A DNA stretch of 64,000 nt from Octopus sinensis (Eukaryota). The stretch covers positions 10,168,001 through 10,232,000 of the forward strand of contig NC_043009.1 in NCBI RefSeq assembly GCF_006345805.1, written 5' to 3'. Below the pieces are notes generated by a model that made no database searches, was not told where the DNA came from, and worked only from the letters and a program-made list of their open reading frames with translations. The position numbers were made by a program, and so were the translations under genes. Of the stretch, positions 41,153 through 53,954 are shown one piece after another (the stretch's first letter is position 1; the number at the start of each line of letters is the position of its first letter).

Positions 41153-41527
41153 CTGCACAAGTCAAGTACTAACATGTTTTGATACCTTTTGCTATTTTCT
41201 ACCAAACTAATCAGTCAATAAAATTTCATAACCAAGACAGCCTACAGATGGACACCAAGCGACGGAATATTCCCCTTGGATTTCCTGCTCATTATCAGAC
41301 ACCAGATTTCCATCTTCCTCATTGCCCCTTGCTGGTTACAACACAAAGACCCCTTTGCACAGTCTTTGCATACTCCTTTTAACAGGCGTTTGTACGTTCA
41401 TGATCATATTCTATAGGGATAAGGAGTTTCAGTATAAGCTAAACAACCAATGCGTTTTCTTCTTTTGACAATGAAGAAATTATCGTTGTTAAAAGTCTTT
41501 CCAAAAATATCCTAAGTGTTTCCTACC

Positions 41528-41700
41528 ACATGTATGTGGTATTTTCTCTGCTTCTTTTCTCTTATTCCGTTCTGTTGAAGAGCGTCGGCTCGAAACGTAA
41601 AAATTTTTTCATTTTCCCGAGCGTCAAATTAACACACCTGCTTGATGATCATATAAATGTCTTCGTCTTTTGTTTTTCTATAAATTTCAACTATACATTT
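41528..41700 (+). mobile_element. Short Penelope-pLTR-like repeat with a degenerate minimal hammerhead motif
   Basis: CTGTTGA-A-GAGC-gtcg-GCTC-GAAA-CGTA at ~41572-41599; homologous to 43872-44055. Confidence 0.6.
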
Positions 41701-42083
41701 CAAACGGACTAATTATGCATTAGCTACCCACAAATACTAGCTAAAGGAAATACAGTAACTTATACATAACTACTGAAAGTTACCATCATAGAAAATGTAT
41801 GTGAACGACAGTTTATGCTCAACGTCATACGAGGTAAATCATGAAAATAATAGCATTTTGAAATCTACTAACGATATGTATGCATTAAAAGTCAACGATC
41901 TTTCGACCACATTCTATGAGTTTTAGCGCGAGAAGTACACATGCAACAACATGTGTATACCACTAAACTAGAGTATGAGTTCCAAACTAATTATCTTATT
42001 GACATTTTAGTATTTTAGTGTAGTACACGCATTCACACATGCATAGATACATAGATACATACATACATAAATGACGTCAACAA

Positions 42084-42148
<65 letters not shown>

Positions 42149-42189
42149 ATATATATATTATATATAATATATATATATCTATATATATA

Positions 42190-42231
<42 letters not shown>

Positions 42232-42256
42232 TATATATATATGTTGGTATATAGTG

Positions 42257-42611
42257 AGGGCGCAATAGGCCTAGTGGTTAGTGCAGCGGACTCGCAGTCG
42301 TAGGATTGCGGTTTCGATTCCAGACCAGGCGTTGTGAGTGTTTATTGAGCGAAAACACCTAAAACTCCACGAGCCGGTTAGTACTCTTTCTCCACAACTT
42401 TCTCTCACTCTTTCTTCCTGTTTCTGTTGTACTGTTTTCAAAGGGGCCAGCCTTGTCACACTCTGTGTCACACTGAATCTCCCCGAGAACTAAGTTATGT
42501 GTACAGGTGTCTGTGGAGTGCTCAGCCACTTGCACGTTAATTTCATGAGTAGGTTGTTCTGTTGGTCGGATCAACTGGAACCCTCGTCGTCGTAACCGAC
42601 GGAGTGCCACG
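42257..42611 (+). mobile_element. SINE family D variant (third tail type), copy 1
   Basis: Family D head and body, then a tail ending ggaaccctcgtcgtcgtaaccgacggagtgccac. Confidence 0.85.
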
Positions 42612-42613
42612 AT

Positions 42614-42731
<118 letters not shown>

Positions 42732-42754
42732 ATATATATTGGTGTATATAGTGA

Positions 42755-43111
42755 GGGCGCAATAGCTAGTGGTTAGTGCAGCGGACTCGCAGTCGTAGGA
42801 TTGCGGTTTCGATTCCCAGACCAGGCGTTGTGAGTGTTTATTGAGCGAAAACACCTAAAACTCCACGAGGCTCCGGTAGTACTCTTTCTCCACAACTTTC
42901 TCTCACTCTTTCTTCCTGTTTCTGTTGTACCTGTATTTCAAAGGGGCCAGCCTTGTCACACTCTGTGTCACACTGAATCTCCCCGAGAACTAAGTTATGT
43001 GTACAGGTGTCTGTGGAGTGCTCAGCCACTTGCACGTTAATTTCATGAGTAGGTTGTTCTGTTGGTCGGATCAACTGGAACCCTCGTCGTCGTAACCGAC
43101 GGAGTGCCACG
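42755..43111 (+). mobile_element. SINE family D variant (third tail type), copy 2
   Basis: Near-identical tandem copy of 42257-42611, including flanks. Confidence 0.85.
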
Positions 43112-43154
43112 ATATATATATTATATATATATATATATTATATATATATATATA

Positions 43155-43193
<39 letters not shown>

Positions 43194-43641
43194 GTTTGTG
43201 TGTGTGTGTGTGTGTGTGTGTACTATTACACACGTATATACAAAACAACGATGAAGGTATCAGTATAACAGAAGTCTAATAATTTTATAACAGTTATACA
43301 TTTATACTCACACAAGCACACGCTTACACATAAATATATGTAAATAGCAGTATATCTACTTATATTTAATCAATCTACAATCCGGTACTCTTTATAACCC
43401 GTAATGTAGGATAAATTGAATGCGTACTGAAATACTGAAGGGTTTGATGTGGCCAATATCATCTACTTTTAGAATCAGTGCCCAAGCATAGCCACAGTTC
43501 GACGACCGGAATCAGTAAAAATAAAAAATGTAGGGAATATATCTGAAATATCTGTTATTCCACCTGTGTATGTATAAATTTTGGGTATTGGGGTATCACT
43601 ACCTTCTATGTATATCGCTTATTTAGTACTGAGGATCATAC

Positions 43642-43679
<38 letters not shown>

Positions 43680-43871
43680 GCGCATGCATGTATAATACAT
43701 ACATACACATACATACATACATACATACATACATACATACATACATACATGCATACATACATATATACATACATGCATACATACATAAGTGTATACACAT
43801 GCACAATGACGCAAACGTGTGTACATATAATAATAATATATATATATATATATATATATCATATATATATA

Positions 43872-44055
43872 ATATAGGGAGAGTTTATGAAAAAAACAAA
43901 AGACGAAGACAGGTGGTGTACAACCAAACAGATGTATTAGTTTAACGCTCAGGAATAGAAAAAGTCTTTTACGTTTCGAGCCTACGCTCTTCTACAGAAA
44001 GAGACACAGAAAAAACAAGGAGAGAAGCAAGGAGAAAAATGTGTGTAGTGGCTAA
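43872..44055 (-). mobile_element. Short Penelope-pLTR-like repeat with a minimal hammerhead motif
   Basis: Minus strand tcttt-CTGTAGA-A-GAGC-gtag-GCTC-GAAA-CGTA-aaaga at 44002-43965; flanked by (TA)n on both sides. Confidence 0.65.
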
Positions 44056-44064
44056 TATATATAT

Positions 44065-44106
<42 letters not shown>

Positions 44107-44526
44107 TATATATATATATATATATGCATGTATGCATGTATGTATGTATGTATGTATGTATTTATGCATGTATGTATGTATATCTTGCTAAGTGTATTAT
44201 AAGTATGTCAGGATAGAACCAACTATATATAACTAATACCTTCTGCAAATAAAGAAACACTTCATTAAAATGATTCTTAGGAAGTTATAAGATATCATAG
44301 TGGCGCTCAGCTCTGGGTTCATAATTACCTATAGGACAAATGAAGGTATTTACGTAGCGACTGTCCTTTTGTCTTCCATCTATTAATTAAAATTACCCTC
44401 AAAACTGACATGGTGGCTTACTGTGTAATATAAGTATATTGAGTTGTAAAAACTGGCTGTTAGTATAGATATGCCTAAGCGGGATCATACGTGCATATAC
44501 ACACATAAGCACACACGCTCACATAA

Positions 44527-44562
<36 letters not shown>

Positions 44563-44565
<3 letters not shown>

Positions 44566-44950
44566 CGCAGGAGTGGCTGTGTGGTAAGTAGCTTGTTTAC
44601 CAACCACATGGTTCCGGGTTCAGTTCCACTGCGTGGCACCTTGGGCAAGTGTCTTCCACTATAGCCTCGGGCCGACCAAAACCCTGTGAGTGGATTTGGT
44701 AGACGGAAACTGAAAGAAGCCCGTCGTATATATGTATATATATATGAGTGTGTGTGTGTCTATGTTTGTCCCCCTAGCATTGTGTGTCTGTGTTTATGTC
44801 CTCGTTACATAGCAGTTCGGCAAAAGAGACCGATAGAATAAGTACTGGGCTTACAAAAGAATAAGTCCCGGGATCGAGTTGCTCGATTAAAGGCGGTGCT
44901 CCAGCATGGCCGCAGTCAAGTGACTGAAACAAGTAAAAGAGTAAAAGAGT
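44563..44950 (+). mobile_element. SINE family A, full length
   Basis: ggcgcaggagtggctgtgtggtaag head to aagtaaaagagtaaaagag tail. Confidence 0.9.
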
Positions 44951-45664
44951 ATATATATATATATATATAAAGTATACACACACATATATGCAGTTGTATG
45001 CGCGTATATGTACGTCTGTTTATGTATGTATGTGTGTTTCTGAATGACTTGAACAGGTTTTGAATTCAGAACATACTAGAAGAAATCTGTGTGTCTTTAA
45101 TGAATTTTCTGCCGTACAGCACTGTGTTGTCCAATTGCAACAACATGATAGGATTACTAATGGCAATACGAATAAATTCCGTTTTGACTTTTGTATATCT
45201 TTACAGTGTTAGACATTATCAACAAAAATCATAAATGATATTCCAGCAACGTGTTTGTATAGAGACATTTATTTCAGCAGCGATGTTGCAGGGGCCTGTA
45301 GTTTACCTATGGACATAAAGATTTCAGTTTGATAGGCTGTATTGCAATTGTTGGTCTTGTCGTTGTTGTTGTTGCTACTGTTGTTGTTGTTGCTTCTGCT
45401 GCTGCTTGTATTGATCACAATAGCGAAGATGAAGGAACTGTCATTGTTATTATTGCTGATGGTAGTGTAATGATATATTAATAGAGGCGATTATGTTGTG
45501 ATGGTCAAAGTATACAAATAAAATAACAGTGTCAGAAACTTACACACATACACGCACACACACACACACACACCACACGTACGCGCCAGCACAGACAAAC
45601 ACACACACACACACACAAATATATATATGTATATACACACACGCACATGTAAGTGTATGTGTGT

Positions 45665-46260
45665 GTGTTTCATTAATGAAGTGGAGAAAAGGAAGCGAAG
45701 CGCATGTGTGAAAAATGGCCGCGTCATTCGTCTGCATTCGACGACTGGCATATTAATAGAAATCTCTTTCTGCCAACAACTGCGACGAGTATTGTTAGAA
45801 AGCTTCGTCAGTTTTGAAAGTATTCTGGCCATGTTACTCACTGCTGGCTCTCTTCATGATGGCAGCTGCCAAAGACAACATTCACATGATATGTTTCTTG
45901 TTAACTGAATCAGTTAATCTTGTTTTCCTTATTGCAGTCGAATGATCGGCTTATCAAGCCGGTTTTTCCAAAGCGTTTATATACCCTTTGGTTAGGTGTT
46001 ATTCCTTGCAGTTGAGACTTACCATTATTTGACACTTTCTGTTTTTGTTATTCTCATGAAGAAATATTTTTCTGCTTGCGGAAGGGTAAAAGGAAAAGTG
46101 AAGCGAATGAAAGAAAGCGGAAAGTAAAGAGAAAACGTGAACGAGAAGAATGAATCGTTAAGAATGAAGAATGAGGTGGGGGGAGGTGGGGGGGAAGAAG
46201 AAGATAAATAAAAGGAAGCGTAGAGTATGAAAAGCAGAGAAGACACGTGATTTAACTATC
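45665..46260 (-). promoter_or_regulatory. Candidate promoter / first exon (ATG|gtaagt) and first-intron regulatory block
   Basis: Minus strand: pyrimidine-rich leader, ATA-ATG (46025-46023) directly followed by gtaagt; YY1-like aaaatggccgc (45712-45722), palindrome ttcattaatgaa (45669-45680); non-repetitive and GC-richer than its surroundings. Confidence 0.35.
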
Positions 46261-46384
46261 TACTGATATTATGTTTATTATTTATGTGATACTTGTTTTA
46301 AATGATCCAGAAAATACGTCGCAGAATATTTATATTTAGCAGCATTGCATATATAGCATATTTGCTTTATATGCATGAATATTT

Positions 46385-46905
46385 GTATAAATATACACAC
46401 ATGCATATACATGTACATACATACATACATACATACATACATACATACATACATACATACATACATGCATGCATGCATACATGCAAGCATGCATACATAC
46501 ATACATACATACACACATGCATACATAATACATACATCAATGCATACATACATAGATACATGCATGCATACATACATACATGCATACATACATACATACA
46601 TATATACATACATGCATACATACATACATACATACATGCATACATGCATACACACATACATGCATACATACATACATACATGCATACATGCATACATACA
46701 TACATACGTTCATACAAACATACATACATACATACACACATGCATACATACATACATGCATGCATACATACATGCATACATGCATACATACATACATACA
46801 TACATATACAGACGTACTCTTTTGCTATATGTATATGAGTGTGTGTCTGTGTGTGTATACATGTGTATGTGTGAATATATATATATATATATATATATAT
46901 AGGTA
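46385..46905. repeat. (TACA)n/(TGCA) microsatellite
   Basis: Visible ~500 bp array. Confidence 0.96.
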
Positions 46906-47075
46906 AACAGTAAAAATAATTACAGACATGGACAAGAACATGAAACACCACAGAGACGACACAAGAACCACAGGACGGGACATTCGAAGCCCTCAGTCAT
47001 CAGTCAAGAACCAGATCATCTTAGCAATTTCGGCTGATTAATCTTGAGATTGCTCCGATATGGCCAGCCCGCCAA
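46905..47075 (-). mobile_element. Short repeat with a degenerate hammerhead-like core
   Basis: Minus strand CTGATGA-ctgagggcttc-GAATGTC at ~47002-46979. Confidence 0.35.
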
Positions 47076-47268
47076 GGGAAATATATATATATATATGGTA
47101 AATGAAAAACGGAAGATGGAGTATACGAAAATTTATTAACCACGACAATTGTTTCGACACATCTAGCACCGATTCCTCATATACCTGACGAACACTGTGA
47201 AAGTGACCGTGCTTTGCCAGTAAGCTACCAGGTGTAAACCATTCGATTGATTATCCTATATATATATG

Positions 47269-47299
<31 letters not shown>

Positions 47300-47348
47300 T
47301 ATATTGTGTGTGTGTGTGTGCGTGTATAATACATACATACATACATAC

Positions 47349-47379
<31 letters not shown>

Positions 47380-47463
47380 GCAATAGAGCATATGTCGATG
47401 TATATATGTTTGTGTGTATGTATAATGTGTATGTGTGTATATATAATATTTGTATGTATCTAT

Positions 47464-47589
<126 letters not shown>

Positions 47590-47659
47590 CTCTATCTCTC
47601 TATCTATCTATCTATCTATCTATCTACCTATCTCTCTCTCTATGATTCTGAGTGTTGTG

Positions 47660-47830
47660 ATTGAACATAGCGTAGTGATTAGAGTGTTGCGCTCAAGACC
47701 GCGAGATCTTGGTTTCAATTTCTCGATCCGGTTGCAAATTGTATTTTTCAGCAAAACCCTTCATCTCACGTTGCTCTGCAGTTACTCTCACACCAGATCT
47801 TCGGGCAACGTTGGTTTGATGGGGCGGGTG
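47660..47830 (+). mobile_element. Degenerate SINE family C
   Basis: cgtagtgattagagtg...ggtttcaatttc...agcaaaacccttcatctcacgttgctc resembles 17902-18148. Confidence 0.55.
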
Positions 47831-47869
47831 AGCTAATGTGCGGTACATACATCTTGTCACTATGACCAA

Positions 47870-48215
47870 ATCATTCGTGCATTTTCTTCAGAAAGAAATT
47901 GCAGAACCGTCTTTCTCGGACTTCCTCCTCCTCCTCCTCCTCCTCGTTGAACACAATGAAAAGAAAACATAAAAACAAAACCATAGAAACGACCTTTTTT
48001 TCAAACAACGAAAAAAACCCAGAGAAATGTGACATACGGCATAAAGAATATCCCCCTTCTTCAGTTGTCCATGTTTCAACTACTCCGCGTTCCGAAGGTA
48101 AGGACAAGACGCGACTTCCTTGAAACAGTCCTTCCCGCAAAGCAAATTAAATAAAATTTGGAATTTTTTACGGAGGGCGAAAGTGGTAACAAGAACAGGA
48201 CAGTGAGAACAAAAC
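47870..48215 (-). repeat. Unclassified dispersed repeat (copy of 33330-33640)
   Basis: Reverse-complement homology to 33330-33640. Confidence 0.8.
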
Positions 48216-48239
48216 AATAAAAACAATAAAAAAGTATGT

Positions 48240-49700
48240 ATATCATTATCCAGTTTTATTTCAAGATTTCTTGCTAATAGAGAAAGAGCCGGTGTCTAAC
48301 CAAGGAATGTTAACATCAACAAGAGGTTATTTTTGTATGCATGTATGTATATATGTATTTATATACGTGCAGATTTGTGTTTTATTTCATGTATGTCTTC
48401 TCAAGCATATATTTTCACATCTAGACATGCTCGTATACATTTAAATGATAAACTTCTGGAAAGTTTTATAAATTTTTACAGTTCCAGTGATTGCTTGGAT
48501 CTGTAGTCTTCGAAGCAGCTTTCTCCTTTCTGGTTTTGAGAAGCCTAATTCTCAAGATTGGTACTAAGGTATTACATATCCCAGTGCGCCAATAGTTACA
48601 GAAATAAATCTAAACTTGTAATCTGCATAAAGTAACTTCAAATCTCTCAATAACTCAGTGTAGGTATTTTCTTTTTCACTGATCTCCAGCTTTATGTTAA
48701 CATCCGCTTGGCAGCTGATTTCTCCAACTGTACACAGTTTCTCTTTTTCCCAAATAATTTTATCAGGTCTATTGTGTTTACATTTTATTAAGGTTTTCAC
48801 TGGGCCATTCCACTCCTTTTTGTTATGTGTGGCTATGGCTTCCACCATACTGTGGGTTCTTATTTCTTTGTTCTCGGAACTACTCTTTCGACGGAACTCG
48901 TTATACAGGTAGATAATATCGTGATGACATTTTCAGACAACTGCTTATGATGTGGGTGACATCTTCGGTGTTAACCCCACAATGTCTGCATCGATCGTCA
49001 CATTTTACTGGTTTTCCTGCAGCCTTGTCCCTTTTGTGCATCAGGTATTTAGTTGATATTTCCTGTTCCTGGATTGCAAATGCATACTCTTCAAAGTAGG
49101 AAGTAATAATCCGGTTGTTGGTCCCTGACAGACTGCTTTGATGATCAATGTTACTATCATCCCGGAGCTTTCTGCTAACAAATCCATGCATGGTCTTCTG
49201 CTCATATACGCTCATCCTCTCATCTGATGATGTGTTACGGTAGAGTGGCGTGACTTCTTTGGGCATATATTTAAGTTTATCAGACAAGGGATGCTGCTCA
49301 AGGAGGTGCCTTCCGAGTCTTATGATATCAGCCTCATGTATGCAAACTTGGCCGAAGGATGCACTTCGACTCTTGGTAGTTAAAAGATGTTGCGAAAGGG
49401 ATATGATACGACATTCAAAGGCAGTTTGGATATATGTTAAGCTTCTGCCGCCTTGCTTTCGTTTTATGTAGGGGCGCTCTATGTCACTGTTGATGTGAAA
49501 ATTATGAGTGCTTGTTAGTATCTTCCGCGTTTTCTCATCAATCGCTCGGATCTCAAGAAGTGCCCAATCTAGCAGCCCAAATGTTGATATGAGTACTGGC
49601 ACAGCAAACACATTGTGGACCACTGTTTTATCGAATGTAGAGAGTTCCGAGGTCCAAATTTTCATTTTTTTTTTTGGCTGCAATAATCTTTAGTGTCACG
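48240..49700 (-). mobile_element. R4/Dong-clade (REL) non-LTR retrotransposon, 5'-truncated pseudogene
   Basis: RT thumb (HNVFAVPVLISTFG...DEKTRKILT), QEQEISTKYL, zinc knuckle CRHCGVNTEDVTHIISSC, REL motif RPDKIIW..EISCQAD..EKENTY, GALG; 3' end aaataaaactggataatgat. Confidence 0.85.
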
Positions 49701-50290
49701 TGTTTTGTTACAGGTGCAATTGTGCGATATGTATGTATTTCTGTATGTTTGTTCTCTTCCTCTTCTTAATTTTGAATAAATTTCAACTGGCCATCTGCTA
49801 AGTAGCAAGGTTGTGGAGGAATGCATCTCGTTTTTTCATTCCTTTAAATCTTAAGATCTTGCAAATTTTTATAGTCCCAGCTATTGTGATCATTTGTTGT
49901 GTATGAATTAAAGATTTACATTCTCTCCTTAATAACCGAAATTCAGCCATGCTTTGCTCCAGTTGCTCCAATAATAACAGAATAAAGCTGAAAGTGTATC
50001 GTGGATACAAGATTTGAACATTCCTTATCAATGGGCCATAAATGTCCCCTTTCTCTTGTATTTTTTGTAGCCACATTTGTGTCCAGAGGGCAGCTGATAA
50101 TTAAACCAGCCGAATATAGATGCCATCAATATAGATAACCGAACTTATTTAACCTGGGCTAAAGCATGCAATATTAGCTCTACTTTCTTTATAGATTATA
50201 CCTTAGCAATTCAGGAACAGAAAATGACTACAAAATACCTGACACAAGAAGAGATATCAATACAGGTAAAAAACAATCTAGATGTCTCAG
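49700..50290 (-). mobile_element. Second R4-type 3' fragment
   Basis: ILYPRYTFSFILLL...TIAGTIKICKIL, same family C-terminus as the 48240 copy. Confidence 0.6.
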
Positions 50291-50394
50291 CAGTCTTCTT
50301 TTTCTGTTTAATTCTTTCAGTCTATAGACTGCGGCCATAATGGAGCTGCGCCCTGAAGCATTTTGGACGAAGGAGTCGACACAAAGTCACACGC

Positions 50395-50405
50395 ATATAT
50401 ATACA

Positions 50406-50438
<33 letters not shown>

Positions 50439-50444
50439 GCGTGT

Positions 50445-50487
<43 letters not shown>

Positions 50488-50554
50488 ATATATATATATA
50501 TAATATATATATATATATAATAATATATATATATATACATATACATATATAGAT

Positions 50555-50626
<72 letters not shown>

Positions 50627-50668
50627 ATATAGATAGATATACATACACACATATATATATATACATAC

Positions 50669-50705
<37 letters not shown>

Positions 50706-50895
50706 CACATATATATATATATATAATATATGCATATATAATATAAATATGTATATATATGCATATATATATACATATATATATATACATATATATACAT
50801 ACATACATATATATGCATATATATAAATACATATATGTGTGTATATATATATATATAGATATATATTATATATACATACACACACATATATATAA

Positions 50896-50929
<34 letters not shown>

Positions 50930-50935
50930 GTGTGA
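50395..50935. repeat. (TA)n/(TACA)n microsatellite
   Basis: Visible array. Confidence 0.96.
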
Positions 50936-51611
50936 AAAATTATAACATATAATGATGACGTGTTGTTTGTCTCTAAATTATATGTTAAAGGTATGGCGCG
51001 GTTGCTGATGTGAATTTCGCCTAGCAAATTATTTTATTTGCTAAAAAATATCGAACCCTAGGTATAACCGTTAAAAAATAACAAGGTAAATGTTTTTATT
51101 TTTCAATCCCTTCGAAATTGGTCTTAAATGTGGTTTTGGTCATTTTGACTGCTTCTTCTAGCGTGTAAAATTACCTGTTAAAGGTAGTTTCTCTTGTGTT
51201 TAAATGTACACTATTTTATATATATTCATAACGCGCAATTGTCATCATGTTCACTTTATGTAGTAAGATGTGATAAGCAAAACGACGTCGTACAAATCAA
51301 TTTGTGAAATTTGAGAAAAGGGTAATAAGTAGGCAACAACATTTTATGATCTCTCTTGTTACACATGGGGACTCCATGTGTTACATATGAGAATGAGAAA
51401 AATCCTGCCGGCGTCGATAATATAATGTAGTGGTAGTGATATAGTAAACTGTGCATCTCCATTCAAATATTTATCCTTGTACCTATGTGAGAAAATATTT
51501 TTGAATAATTTCTCCATTTATTTGAGAAATACTATATCATCTGTTGGAATGCTGCGTCTTTTGCTGGTGGGTACATGATAACAACATCTGGCCAGTATAT
51601 ATTCAATCAAA

Positions 51612-52520
51612 CAGTCTCTTGGAATCGGAAATAGAGGTCAATAGATCTCTTATATTTTTATTCCGTCTAAAGGCTACAATAAGCGGCTGAAGAAATATCT
51701 GTTTGAAACGAGGATACTTTCCCCGCAACATGCTGGTAACTTTCGCACAGCGCTTTTGAAATACCAGCGAAATTTCGTTGCCAGTTAATTACTGAAGGAA
51801 TTCTGTTACATGTTCCATTGTCTTTGCTAAAATTATGCGTGAAGGTTTGACTTCCTTTGCTAATCTTAGCTAACTCATTTGCTATTTCCTTTAATTGGAA
51901 TTCACTGTAACCGCGTTTGACGTAATGGTGTACAAAAGCCTTTGCATGTTTCCAGTAATTCCCTATATCAGTACAAATCCATTTTATCCTAAAAAATTGG
52001 GATTTCAGATTTGATCGAATTATAGGATGTGGATGATCGGAGCGGCGGTGGAGGCTAATGCGGGATGACGTGGGCTTACAAAATAACTCTGTTAGTATTC
52101 TGCCTCCAGAAAACTTAACTTTTGTGTCCAAAAATTCAACGCTATTTTATGAAAAACTCGACGTAAATTTTATGTTGGACTTAAAGCCATAGTTTTTAGC
52201 ATAGCAGTCCCAGAAATGCAGGAAGTCAATTAAACTATCCTGCGATCCTTCCCAGACAAAAAAGATGTTATCAATGAACCGTAACTAGAGTATTGGTTTA
52301 TGACCATGAAGGGATTTGAATGTCTTCAGTAACTGTGTCTCGAATTTCGTCATGAAGACATTAGCGAAATTAACTGCCATAGGGGTACCCATGGCGCAAC
52401 CCCTCGTCTGGCGGTAAAACTTTTGTCCAAATTTCCTTGTGTTATTTTGTAGCACAAACCTCAATAACCGACAGAGAAAACTTGGTGGAAAACCAATTTC
52501 GAAGGAATCTATGCATGCTT
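51612..52520 (-). mobile_element. Penelope-like element (Neptune-type) RT core, pseudogene
   Basis: Minus strand FYRQTRGCAMGTPMAVNFANVFM, VEFLDTKV, FCKPTSSRISLHRRSDHPHPIIRSNLKSQFFRIKWIC. Confidence 0.85.
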
Positions 52521-52529
52521 CTACCCCTT

Positions 52530-53700
52530 CATTGTGGTTAATATTGGGATATAAAAAAGAAACATTAGGGAAACCTTAAAACAAGTAGAAAGAAGTCTTG
52601 GAATAGCCTCAAAAATATCCAAAGTTAAGCACTCAGACGTCAAGCTGGTAAAACTAGCGGATAAAAGAGGCGCTATCGTAATTAGGGTCAAAAGTGAGTA
52701 TATTTCGGCTTGTGAAGAAGTTTTAAGAAACAAAATTTCATATGAAGAATTACCTGTCGATCCAAACCCCAATTACAGAAAGGAACTTGACAAAATAATT
52801 CTGGAAATGGGTGCAAACAATTTCATGAATAAGGTCGAATTCAAGATTTTTCGCTCAGAAAGAACACCTGTATTTTGCGGTCTCCTTAAAATACACAAAA
52901 AGTTCGAAAGATTTCCTCCAATGCGCCCAATTTGTAGCGGATAAGAATGTTGTACAGTCAAGATTTCGGAATGGCTGGATGGCCAAACTTTCACGCATAA
53001 TTTTTGCAAACACAATGCAACATGTAACAGAATTCCTTTAGTGATTAACTGGCACCGAAATTTCGTTGGTATTTCAAAAGTGTTGCATGAAAGTTACCAG
53101 CATGTTGCGGGAAAGTATTCCCGTTTCAAACAGATATTTCCTCGGTTGCCTATGGTAGCCTTTAGACGGAATAAAAATATAAGAGATCCATTGACCTCTA
53201 TTTCTGACTCCAAGAAAACCCTCATTGGAGTATCTCTGCACACTGTCCCTTGAAAAACAGCCACAAGAGATGTAAGCCCTGTTCATTGTGCAACAACATG
53301 AGTCAAGTGGATTCCATCAGGAATCATAACATAAATATTATGATTGATACATTAGGTGGGACATATAGAGATTCCTATTTGGTGTACGCGACAGAATGCA
53401 TGAAACAACTTGATTTATGTTGGCTGTACAACAGAATAATTAAACAAAAGATTTAATCGGCACAGATTCGACGTCAGGCACAATAACAGTAGCTCGCCAG
53501 AACTTGCCGAACATTTTGTTTCACACGGCTGCAATTTTGAAAAAGACTTGAAAATGCATATTCTCAGAAAATACTCAGAATCTGCTACACTTTCAATACT
53601 CAAAATGCATGAGGAGAAATATGTTTGCAGGTTATTAACATCACGGCTTGGATGAATGAAAATGACAGGAGAATATCATGAAATTTACGCAAAACTGTTT
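52530..53700 (+). mobile_element. Penelope-like element: RT N-terminus, linker and GIY-YIG endonuclease, pseudogene
   Basis: KLADKRGAIV, FCGLLKIHK..PPMRPICSG, AFRRNKNIRD, CKPCSLC zinc motif, YLVYATEC..., GIY-YIG-like region. Confidence 0.85.
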
Positions 53701-53954
53701 GATAGAATATTCTTTCTCCTCTTCTTTTTTATTTTCTTCGCTTTTATTTTTCGCTTTTTCTTTCTGTCTTTATCTCTTTGCCTGTTATAAAATTGAAGTG
53801 TGGACGCTGGTTGATCGCGTTCATCCTTTAGATTTGAATTTATATAATTTCGAATTTTTATCACTTCGAACTCGACAAAGACAGGCTTGCATTTGGTTTT
53901 GCACATAGTATTGTTCTAGAGAATCTTTAAGAAAACATAAGAAAATTATAAGTT

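Noticed and set aside
46979-47002. CTGATGA...GAATGTC as a functional hammerhead
   Set aside because: Stem II is poorly formed and GAAA/stem III is damaged; kept only as a low-confidence repeat.
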